Assembly: GCA_048939265.1 (NCBI GenBank)
Contig: JBHLPQ010000005.1
Coordinates: 24,736-48,735, forward strand
DNA: 24,000 bases
Reading direction: 5' to 3'
From: Promethearchaeota archaeon
GTDB lineage: Archaea; Asgardarchaeota; Heimdallarchaeia; Hodarchaeales; Hodarchaeaceae
This document shows positions 9,482 to 15,740 of this stretch, in pieces (position 1 is the first letter of the stretch; each line of letters starts with the position of its first letter). Both the position numbers and the translations under genes were made by a program. The notes beneath the pieces are model-generated. The model was not told the origin of the DNA. It worked only from the letters and a program-made list of their open reading frames with translations, and ran no database searches.

Positions 9482-10012
9482 CTACTCGTTATTTAACATA
9501 GCTTCAATTTCTGTATGTAACAGGCGCACTCTCTTGAGAATCGGATGTGAGTTTTTGAGACGAGTACTGTATCTTTCAATCACTTCATCGATTGATAAGA
9601 GAGGTACGTTTTTTGAAATATTATCCGCATAGGTGATTATTTTTTCTTCTAGAGTTCTAGGGAGATAATCCTGAAAAGGTAATCCAAATTCTCTCGCTTC
9701 AATTTTTGTTATTCCGCCAAAAAGATGATTTTCAGCTACCTGAGCTACCTGCTCTACAATACCTTCTTTTCGCAGAATTTTAGCACCAACAATACCATGA
9801 TCTAAGCGATGAGATCGACAGCGACCAATATCGTGTAATATAGCGCCTGCCATAATAAGATGACAATCAATTGCTAATTTTTTATCTTTAAGAATTCCTG
9901 CAATGTTCAATGCCGTTTGCGCTGTTAATATTGAATGTGAAATAACATTTGGTGAAGTTGAGTAGTTTAGGAGTAATTGAATACATTCAGTATAATCTGG
10001 ATAAGATGCCAT
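9482..10012 (-). CDS. HD (HDIG) domain hydrolase
   Basis: 176 aa. 'ISHSILTAQTALNIA', 'MAGAILHDIGRCRSHRLDHGIVGAKILR', 'VAENHLFGG', 'IITYADNI'. Confidence 0.88.
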   Translation of the reverse strand: MASYPDYTECIQLLLNYSTSPNVISHSILTAQTALNIAGILKDKKLAIDCHLIMAGAILHDIGRCRSHRLDHGIVGAKILRKEGIVEQVAQVAENHLFGGITKIEAREFGLPFQDYLPRTLEEKIITYADNISKNVPLLSIDEVIERYSTRLKNSHPILKRVRLLHTEIEAMLNNE

Positions 10013-10164
10013 AGTTCAGGATCTCGTACAGATGTTTATTTTGATTCAATATGTACTTTGATTGTTTTCTGAAAAGTTCTCAAATATCCTATTTTTCACA
10101 ATGAAAGGAAGGGGTTTGAATCCTCGACACGGCCCTGTGCCTGAAAGATGTAGGGACGGGGGGA

Positions 10165-10195
10165 TTTTCATTAGACGGCATATACTCATACTAAT
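10165..10195 (-). other. Predicted 31-nt BHB intron at position 59/60 of tRNA-Pro
   Basis: GGGGG-TTCA-AAA-TTAG tatgagtatatgccgt CTAA-TGAA-AAT-CCCCC: perfect hBHBh' motif. Cutting after the second bulge nt restores T loop TTCAAAT. Confidence 0.92.
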
Positions 10196-10234
10196 TTTGA
10201 ACCCCCGATCTCTTGGTCCCGAACCAAGAATCCT

Positions 10235-10264
10235 TTAGCCATCATATCTTCCTCAGATACAATT
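10235..10264 (-). other. Predicted 30-nt BHB intron in D loop of tRNA-Pro
   Basis: GGTC-TTA-ATTGTATC tgaggaa GATATGAT-GGCT-AAA: 4-bp central helix GGTC/GGCT (two wobbles), 3-nt bulges on both sides, 8-bp intron helix. Confidence 0.75.
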
Positions 10265-10442
10265 AAGACCAAACTAGACTACGTCCCTTTTCTAATTTTG
10301 TATTCAATTGTATTCTAAGGATTTCAATTCTATAAAATCAAAGTTTGCGTATGATTTAAGCTTTTCTGGCTTAGGTATCCCTAAAAGAGGTATGATGTAT
10401 TTTGATGGTGAATTCATTCTCAAGCAAATTGAATGAAAAAGA

Positions 10443-10847
10443 TTAAAGATCTTCAAATCCTTCGTCTACTATTTCCTCATCTTCATCTGAGACTTCTTTG
10501 GCTTCTTTTGCCGCTGTTGCCGCTGCTAATGTAATAAATTCCGAATAACGTGTAAGAAGTTGACTGATTTTGTCATCTGATAAACGATCACCAGTTATCG
10601 CTCGGACATCAATCGGTTTTTTGGGATTTATATTCAGGATTTGGACAACAAGGATTCGAGGAAGATCAAATTCTTCTTTTAATGCTTGAATAGCTTCCTC
10701 CGAGAAAGCAGCATCACGTGATAATTTCTCAGCATGTTGTGCTGTGACCCGTTGTACATAATTGATACCTGTTTCCTCTCGAATTTTCAAAAGTTCATGT
10801 ACTTGCCCTAAAGTAATCGGTTTTTCATCCAGGACTTTTCTAACCAT
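10443..10847 (-). CDS. rpoF: DNA-directed RNA polymerase subunit F (Rpb4)
   Basis: 134 aa. 'LTYA..'-type Rpb4 features: 'REETGINYVQRVTAQHAEKLSR', 'LPRILVVQILNINPKKPIDVRAI'. Adjacent to L21e, a common archaeal arrangement. Confidence 0.87.
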   Translation of the reverse strand: MVRKVLDEKPITLGQVHELLKIREETGINYVQRVTAQHAEKLSRDAAFSEEAIQALKEEFDLPRILVVQILNINPKKPIDVRAITGDRLSDDKISQLLTRYSEFITLAAATAAKEAKEVSDEDEEIVDEGFEDL

Positions 10848-10879
10848 TTTTAACTACCATTCTACAAAAATGCTATTTA

Positions 10880-11176
10880 TCAGTGTAGTTGTGCTTTAAG
10901 ATGTTCAGGTCGGGCGATTATTTTCTTATAGCTATTTCCATCGGAAACTTGGATTAAGTACGATTGTCCACGTTTTTCTAAAACAACTCCGGTTTTCCCA
11001 TGAAATCTTCTATGGGGGCGTCCTTTTTGAACACTAGGTTCGATAACAATATTTACTTTGGAGTTCACCTCATAATTCGCTAATGTTCGGGATAAAGAGG
11101 GTAAACCACGTTTCCTCGGATGTTTAGAGAATATTTTCCGTGTCCTAAAATTCATACCTTTTGATTTCTTAACCAT
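10880..11176 (-). CDS. rpl21e: Ribosomal protein L21e (eL21)
   Basis: 98 aa. 'RTRKIFSKHPRKRGLPSLSRTLANYEVNSKVNIVIEPSVQKGRPHRRFHGKTGVV'. Confidence 0.95.
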   Translation of the reverse strand: MVKKSKGMNFRTRKIFSKHPRKRGLPSLSRTLANYEVNSKVNIVIEPSVQKGRPHRRFHGKTGVVLEKRGQSYLIQVSDGNSYKKIIARPEHLKAQLH

Positions 11177-11315
11177 TCTGTTCTTTCTCCAAGTGATTGT
11201 GCTCTTTTAGGGTTTTAAGTTAAGATAAGGGCTATTGGCTTCAGTAACACCACTAGAAAGGGTTTTTTTAAACATATTTTTGGATTTCTTTTGATAAATC
11301 CTTCAGACGAAGATA

Positions 11316-12737
11316 TCAAAAGGAGTCCTTCTCATTCAAAACTTCAATAACGTCAAGTTGAATAACCGCAGCATTAGTATTAAGACGATCTGAAAGATTC
11401 GGTTGAGTTCGTCCACCATCTCCACTGATTAACTCTTTCACATATAGTCCTCCCTCACAAACTACATATGCTGTCAATTGTTGTGGTTCCAATTTCTCAA
11501 TCTGGAATTTTTGAACTTTTCTTACCCGAATTTTATCAGCGCGACGATGAACTACTCGCAATGGGGTTCGCTGTTGAATAAGTGAGCCAGAAAATTCATC
11601 TACAATAGCTGATATTTCCGTTTCTTCAAGATGGATAGGGGGATCTAAAGAAATAATCATTCGATAACCTTTTGCATTCCTACTCGATCGTGTCTTAAGC
11701 TCTCGAACTTTAGCCCGGGTAGTTAGTCCTTCGATATCAATTTCAACTTTTCCTTTTGCTTTTTTATTTACCATTTCCTTAATTTGTTTGAGATTTAATT
11801 TTCTCTTTTTTGGTTCAGAGATTTCAAGAATAAACGGTCTTCCATTTCCTAGCATAAGGGCATCGATATCTTCTCGGCCTGAACCGTGAAATTTGCTGGC
11901 TCTTCCTTCAGCTTCAACACGGAAAGGTTCTGAAACGTATTCTTCCACTGATTCTTGGTACATCTTTCCCGTAAAATTACAATATTCACACCCCTTCCCT
12001 CTACATTTCCGACAAAACCATTTTGACTGTGGGATTCCCCGTTCTAATTTTCTGTATCGCCCCAATATGAAAAGAGGATTTGGTTTAATATGAATTTGAT
12101 TATTGAGAAGATCAAATGTTAATACAATATCTGGAGCTTTAAATTCTACAGTCGCGTAATCTATTCGTTCTTGTAACATTTTACCAATTTCACGGTTAAA
12201 CTCAGATTTAATCGCCTCTCCAAATTCAAGATTATAGGTACTTCGAATTGAATCTTCTTTATCGATTATTGAAGGAGAAAATTGACTTCCCACAAGAAAA
12301 GTAGAAAATTCATAGTCATCAAGAATTTTTAGAGCATCTTCAACAATTGTTTTCATATTTTGAGAAGAAAGAATTCCCTGACAAATTTCACAACGGGAAT
12401 CATTGGCTTGTATTTCTGGATGAAATCGTTGGATTGATCTTTCCCCAATTATAAAGTCTTCAGACAACAAAGAAGATATTTTTAGAGGCTCCATTTTTGA
12501 TAATCGGTACGTATTCTCCCATTCCATTAGAAGTAGTATCTTTAGTGCTTCACCTCGTTTTTTATTAGATAGTCCTGATAATAAATTACCAAATTGTCGA
12601 CCTAAGCATGAATTACAGCAATGTACATCCATAATTAGTTGCTTAGCCTTGTTTAAGATTGGTAATTCCATCAACAGACTCCCTTCATTAGGAATGGATA
12701 GGAAGCGAAGAGTATTTGCCTCAATTTTGAGAGACAA
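11316..12737 (-). CDS. pus10: tRNA pseudouridine synthase Pus10 (positions 54/55)
   Basis: 473 aa. N-terminal 'CCNSCLGRQFGNLL' and 'CEICQGIL' cysteine pairs; 'CRKCRGKGCEYCNFTGKMYQESVEEYV'; 'FHGSGREDIDALMLGNGRPFILEI'; 'VCEGGLYVKELISGDGGRTQPNL'. Confidence 0.95.
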   Translation of the reverse strand: MSLKIEANTLRFLSIPNEGSLLMELPILNKAKQLIMDVHCCNSCLGRQFGNLLSGLSNKKRGEALKILLLMEWENTYRLSKMEPLKISSLLSEDFIIGERSIQRFHPEIQANDSRCEICQGILSSQNMKTIVEDALKILDDYEFSTFLVGSQFSPSIIDKEDSIRSTYNLEFGEAIKSEFNREIGKMLQERIDYATVEFKAPDIVLTFDLLNNQIHIKPNPLFILGRYRKLERGIPQSKWFCRKCRGKGCEYCNFTGKMYQESVEEYVSEPFRVEAEGRASKFHGSGREDIDALMLGNGRPFILEISEPKKRKLNLKQIKEMVNKKAKGKVEIDIEGLTTRAKVRELKTRSSRNAKGYRMIISLDPPIHLEETEISAIVDEFSGSLIQQRTPLRVVHRRADKIRVRKVQKFQIEKLEPQQLTAYVVCEGGLYVKELISGDGGRTQPNLSDRLNTNAAVIQLDVIEVLNEKDSF

Positions 12738-12869
12738 TTTGTTTTATAATCGCATATCTAAGAAATTTTTTTATTTTTTTTCTCCAGATCAAATAATTGA
12801 ACAAAAAACAGAACCCAATTGTAATTAAATGATTCAGTTTATCTAGATAACAGGAGCAGGTAAATTGTT

Positions 12870-13412
12870 ATGAGACGATTTTTTGTGATTTCAAACACTG
12901 TAGATACTTCTAAATCTTTATCTCTAAATTCCTTAACAGGATATGGCCGATTGGATGTTCTATGCCGCTGCATTAATGCAGCTTTCTTTCTTTCCAACGA
13001 TTTTCGAAAGAATGTTGTCCTCAGTATTTTTTTTAAAATTAATAATAAAATTTTAGAAATATGGGGAAATGAAGTTCGTGGGATAAATCCAGACGAACGA
13101 GCTATTGCAGGAGTACTTAAACGTGTCTTTAACGGTCATTCTCACCCTGGGACAAGATTTTATTCGTCTTCTTTAGAACAATATTTTCAAAAACGGAATT
13201 TTATTATTATTGATAGAAAAGGGGATCAATTATTAAATAAACTTAGCGAATATGATTCATTCATGCTTGGAGATCAGGTGGGTTTTCCAAAAGAGATTTA
13301 CTTTCTGTTTACACATCAACCAAAAATATCCTTAGGAATCCCTATATATTTAAGTTCGCAGGTGATAACAATCCTTAATTATCTCCTAGATAACATTGAA
13401 CTAGATGAATGA
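12870..13412 (+). CDS. trmY: tRNA (pseudouridine54-N1)-methyltransferase TrmY
   Basis: 180 aa. 'FFVISNTVDTS', 'GRLDVLCRCINAAFFLS', 'NPDERAIAGVLKRVF', 'FMLGDQVGFPKE' are characteristic of TrmY (DUF358). Confidence 0.93.
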   Translation: MRRFFVISNTVDTSKSLSLNSLTGYGRLDVLCRCINAAFFLSNDFRKNVVLSIFFKINNKILEIWGNEVRGINPDERAIAGVLKRVFNGHSHPGTRFYSSSLEQYFQKRNFIIIDRKGDQLLNKLSEYDSFMLGDQVGFPKEIYFLFTHQPKISLGIPIYLSSQVITILNYLLDNIELDE

Positions 13413-13447
13413 CATTCTAAGTAGAAAAACATCGGAGTTTGATACGT

Positions 13448-14812
13448 ATGCTTGATTCTTTGAGCTCATCATTACGGAAAGCAATCATGAAAGTTCGTGG
13501 TGCACCTATAGTTGATGAGAAGTTAATTAATGCCTTAATCACCGATTTAGAAAATGCTCTTCTTGCTGCTGATGTTAACCTTGATTTGGTACTCACTGTT
13601 ACTGAAAGAGTACGTGAAAGAGCTCTCAAAGATATCTTACCCATGGCTATCAGTCGTAAAGACTATACTCTAAAAGTGATCTATGATGAACTAGCTAGTC
13701 TATTGGGGAAAAGACATACTCCATTACGTCTAAATCCTGATGATCTATCAATTTTAATGTTCATTGGTATCCAAGGATCAGGTAAAACAACATGTATCGG
13801 AAAAACTGCAAATTACTTTCAAAAAAGGGGATATTCTGTTGGAGTTATTGGTGGAGATACGTTTAGGCCTGGTGCTTTAGCCCAACTTCAACAATTTCTT
13901 TCACCCATAAATGTGGAAGTTTTTGGGGATGAAAAGGAGAAAAAAGCTTCTAAAATCATTAAAAGGGGATTAAAGCACTTTGAAGAGAAAAAAAATATCA
14001 ATCTTATTTTAGTAGATACAGCAGGACGACATAAAGAAGAAAAAGCTTTATTAAAAGAAATGCAAGAAATTGCTAAAATAGCTAAACCCACAGAAATTGT
14101 ATTAGTAATTGATGCTACAATAGGACAACAAGCTCAAGCACAAGCCGATGCTTTCAATCGTGCAACCCCTATTGGATCGATCATTTTAACAAAGATGGAT
14201 GGTTCAGCTAAAGGCGGGGGAGCAGTCTCTGCTGTTGCTGTGACAGGAGCAAAAATTCGATTCTATGGTGATGGGGAAAATATTCAAGATTTAGAGGAGT
14301 TCAACCCAACTCGATTCGTTGGATCTTTATTAGGGCTGGGTGATATAGAGGGTTTGATACAAAGTGTTAATGAAGCATTTGATGAGGAAGATACGGCCGA
14401 ACTTCGCGATGCATTCAAAAAAGGGAAGTTAACATTACGCCATTTCAAAATCCAGATGGAAAATGCTAGTAAACAATCATCAATTGGAAAATTGGTTTCA
14501 AAAATCCCTGGCGTAAGCACATTAACAGGTCAACAACCTATATTAGAAGCAGAAGGTCAAAGAAACATGAAACGCTTCATTGCGATTTGTAATTCGATGA
14601 CAGATGAAGAATTAGATAATGCTCGAATAATTAAAGGTAAACGTATTCAGAGAATAGCACAAGGATCAGGAACTTCCCCTCAAGAAGTGAAACTTCTTTT
14701 AAATCAGTTTAATCAAGCTTCAAAACAATTAAAAATGATGCGAAAGATGAGAGGACGACGGGGAGCTCCTCCAGGTGGGATCCCACCAGGCTTAGAAGGC
14801 TTACTCGGATAA
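13448..14812 (+). CDS. srp54: Signal recognition particle 54 kDa protein
   Basis: 'GIQGSGKTTCIGKTANYFQKRGYSVGVIGGDTFRPGALAQLQQ', 'LVDTAGRHKEE', 'TKMDGSAKGGGAVSA', Met-rich M domain. The track starts at TTG 13439; the ATG at 13448 gives the canonical 'MLDSLSSSLR'. Confidence 0.97.
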   Translation: MLDSLSSSLRKAIMKVRGAPIVDEKLINALITDLENALLAADVNLDLVLTVTERVRERALKDILPMAISRKDYTLKVIYDELASLLGKRHTPLRLNPDDLSILMFIGIQGSGKTTCIGKTANYFQKRGYSVGVIGGDTFRPGALAQLQQFLSPINVEVFGDEKEKKASKIIKRGLKHFEEKKNINLILVDTAGRHKEEKALLKEMQEIAKIAKPTEIVLVIDATIGQQAQAQADAFNRATPIGSIILTKMDGSAKGGGAVSAVAVTGAKIRFYGDGENIQDLEEFNPTRFVGSLLGLGDIEGLIQSVNEAFDEEDTAELRDAFKKGKLTLRHFKIQMENASKQSSIGKLVSKIPGVSTLTGQQPILEAEGQRNMKRFIAICNSMTDEELDNARIIKGKRIQRIAQGSGTSPQEVKLLLNQFNQASKQLKMMRKMRGRRGAPPGGIPPGLEGLLG

Positions 14813-14876
14813 GGTTGAAGCGATTAAAAATAAAATTCTTGTGTTATACAAAGAAAAAGAAATGCTCCGACCGGGA

Positions 14877-14907
14877 TTTTCCAACCACAAACAATGCGTT
14901 TAGGTTC
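14877..14907 (-). other. Predicted 31-nt intron at 59/60 of tRNA-Glu
   Basis: CCGGG-TTCA-AAG-AACC taaacgcattgtttgt GGTT-GGAA-AAT-CCCGG. Central helix has 3 of 4 pairs. Splicing restores TTCAAAT. Confidence 0.88.
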
Positions 14908-14928
14908 TTTGAACCCGGGTCACAGGGG

Positions 14929-14960
14929 AGCTCCTGAAAGTCTGAGTAACAGACTCTCAT
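14929..14960 (-). other. Predicted 32-nt BHB intron at 37/38 of tRNA-Glu
   Basis: CAGGG-CTCT-CAA-TGAGAGTCTG ttact CAGACTTTCA-GGAG-CTC-CCCTG: near-ideal BHB. Confidence 0.93.
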
Positions 14961-15093
14961 TGAGAGCCCTGAATGATGGGCCGAGCTACACTATCGGAGC
15001 AAATCGTGAAAACCAAATCTCAATAATATATAGATTTTTTTGATACAATATTCTTGCATGGACTAACCTGAACTAATTATGCTGGGGGGGGGC

Positions 15094-15124
15094 CTTTCGT
15101 GAGGTAAATCGCAATTTACCTGAA
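15094..15124 (-). other. Predicted 31-nt intron at 59/60 of tRNA-Met
   Basis: GGGGG-TTCG-AAT-TCAGGTAAAT tgcg ATTTACCTCA-CGAA-AGG-CCCCC. Perfect TTCG/CGAA central helix. Confidence 0.9.
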
Positions 15125-15146
15125 TTCGAACCCCCGACTTCGGGAT

Positions 15147-15203
15147 GTCTCGTCTGAAAGCGCGATCTGTGCCCTTAGAAGGTTATGAGTATTATTCTCA
15201 GAT
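15147..15203 (-). other. Predicted 57-nt intron at 37/38 of tRNA-Met
   Basis: CGGGA-CTCA-TAA-TCTGA ... TCAGA-CGAG-ACA-TCCCG. 3 of 4 central pairs. Splicing restores loop CTCATAA. Confidence 0.85.
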
Positions 15204-15218
15204 TATGAGTCCCGCGCT

Positions 15219-15248
15219 ATCGGCCTTCTGACTATTGACAGTAAGATT
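15219..15248 (-). other. Predicted 30-nt intron near the 3' side of the D loop (20/21 region) of tRNA-Met
   Basis: TGGT-ATA-ATCTT..AAG-GCCG-ATA. Central helix TGGT/GCCG, matching ATA bulges, imperfect intron hairpin CTT-a-CTG/CAGAAG. Confidence 0.7.
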
Positions 15249-15257
15249 ATACCAGGC

Positions 15258-15286
15258 TTAGCCACGATATAATGATTATTATCGTT
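15258..15286 (-). other. Predicted 29-nt intron at about 14/15 of tRNA-Met
   Basis: GGCT-TAA-ACGAT...ATCGT-GGCT-AAG. Central helix GGCT/GGCT with wobbles, outer helix weak (relaxed motif). Removal is required to form a D arm. Confidence 0.7.
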
Positions 15287-15461
15287 TAAGCCACCCCAGC
15301 AAATATAATTGGGGGTAATCACCTTATACGGATGAGCATTCAGCAATACGCCTTGCAGTGGCTCTAGGATTTTAAGGTTATGCAGGAACATCTTTAAGAG
15401 AGGATCAATTTAAAAAATTGTGAAAGGAGGGACAGACTTGGACGTATAATTAACAATAAGG

Positions 15462-15468
15462 TTATAAA
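15462..15468 (+). promoter_or_regulatory. Possible TATA box for the tRNA-Asp/tRNA-Lys unit
   Basis: TTATAAA ~20-26 nt upstream of tRNA-Asp position 1, compatible with archaeal TATA spacing. Confidence 0.35.
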
Positions 15469-15487
15469 CGCCTTTATTTAGTATCTA

Positions 15488-15592
15488 GCCCCGGTGGTGT
15501 AGTCTGGCCTAGCATTGATGGCTGTCAAAGGCTTATCACCTCTGATAGTCTGCCGAACCCATCCGACTCGGGTTCAAATCCCGACCGGGGCG
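15488..15592 (+). tRNA. tRNA-Asp(GTC), with intron at 37/38
   Basis: Acceptor GCCCCGG/CCGGGGC-G, anticodon arm GATGG-CTGTCAC-CCATC, T arm TCGGG-TTCAAAT-CCCGA. Intron 15528..15557 (30 nt). CCA immediately follows the discriminator in the DNA (15593..15595). Confidence 0.93.
15528..15557 (+). other. Predicted 30-nt intron at 37/38 of tRNA-Asp
   Basis: GATGG-CTGT-CAA-AGGC..GTCT-GCCG-AAC-CCATC. Central helix has 3 of 4 pairs; intron hairpin TATCA cctc TGATA. Confidence 0.87.
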
Positions 15593-15604
15593 CCAAAAAT
15601 TCAA

Positions 15605-15709
15605 GGGCGCATAGCTCAGCCAGGTAGAGCGACAGGCTTTTAATGATTAAATTTTAATAGTTAAACTGAAGATACCTGTTGGCCGGGGGTTCAAATCCCT
15701 CTGCGCCCG
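15605..15709 (+). tRNA. tRNA-Lys(TTT), with intron at 37/38
   Basis: Acceptor GGGCGCA/TGCGCCC-G, D stem GCTC/GAGC, anticodon arm ACAGG-CTTTTAA-CCTGT, T arm GGGGG-TTCAAAT-CCCTC. Intron 15643..15673 (31 nt). Confidence 0.95.
15643..15673 (+). other. Predicted 31-nt BHB intron at 37/38 of tRNA-Lys
   Basis: ACAGG-CTTT-TAA-...-GAAG-ATA-CCTGT. Central helix CTTT/GAAG complete with one wobble. Confidence 0.9.
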
Positions 15710-15740
15710 CTGAAATTTTGTTTCTATTAACCTTGGCTTT

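Larger units (their letters stand above)
10151..10288 (-). tRNA. tRNA-Pro(CGG), with two non-canonical introns (D-loop and T-loop)
   Basis: Hand fold: acceptor AGGGACG/CGTCCCT-A, D stem GTCT/GGAT (with wobbles), anticodon arm CTTGG-TTCGGGA-CCAAG, T arm GGGGG-TTCAAAT-CCCCC after removing introns 10235..10264 (30 nt) and 10165..10195 (31 nt). The 138-nt gene gives a 77-nt mature tRNA. Confidence 0.9.
14863..15000 (-). tRNA. tRNA-Glu(CTC), with introns at 37/38 and 59/60
   Basis: Acceptor GCTCCGA/TCGGAGC-A, anticodon arm CAGGG-CTCTCAC-CCCTG, T arm CCGGG-TTCAAAT-CCCGG after removing 14929..14960 (32 nt) and 14877..14907 (31 nt). 138 nt reduces to 75 nt. Confidence 0.94.
15080..15300 (-). tRNA. 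tRNA with CAT anticodon (probably elongator Met), with four introns
   Basis: Acceptor GCTGGGG/CCCCAGC-A. Mature reconstruction GCTGGGG TG GCTT AGCCTGGTA TAGC G CGGGA CTCATAA TCCCG AAGTC GGGGG TTCGAAG CCCCC CCCCAGC A = 74 nt out of 221. Introns: 15258..15286 (29), 15219..15248 (30), 15147..15203 (57), 15094..15124 (31). Initiator or Ile2(CAT) identity is not excluded. Confidence 0.87.

Noticed and set aside
14863-15300. Interpretation of the hairpin-rich, GC-rich spacer after srp54 as a mobile element or CRISPR-like repeat cluster
   Set aside because: The hairpins are explained by tRNA arms and BHB introns. There are no repeated units with regular spacing.
15203-15391. 62-aa minus-strand ORF
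   Set aside because: Overlaps the intron-rich tRNA(CAT) gene and has low-complexity random-like sequence.
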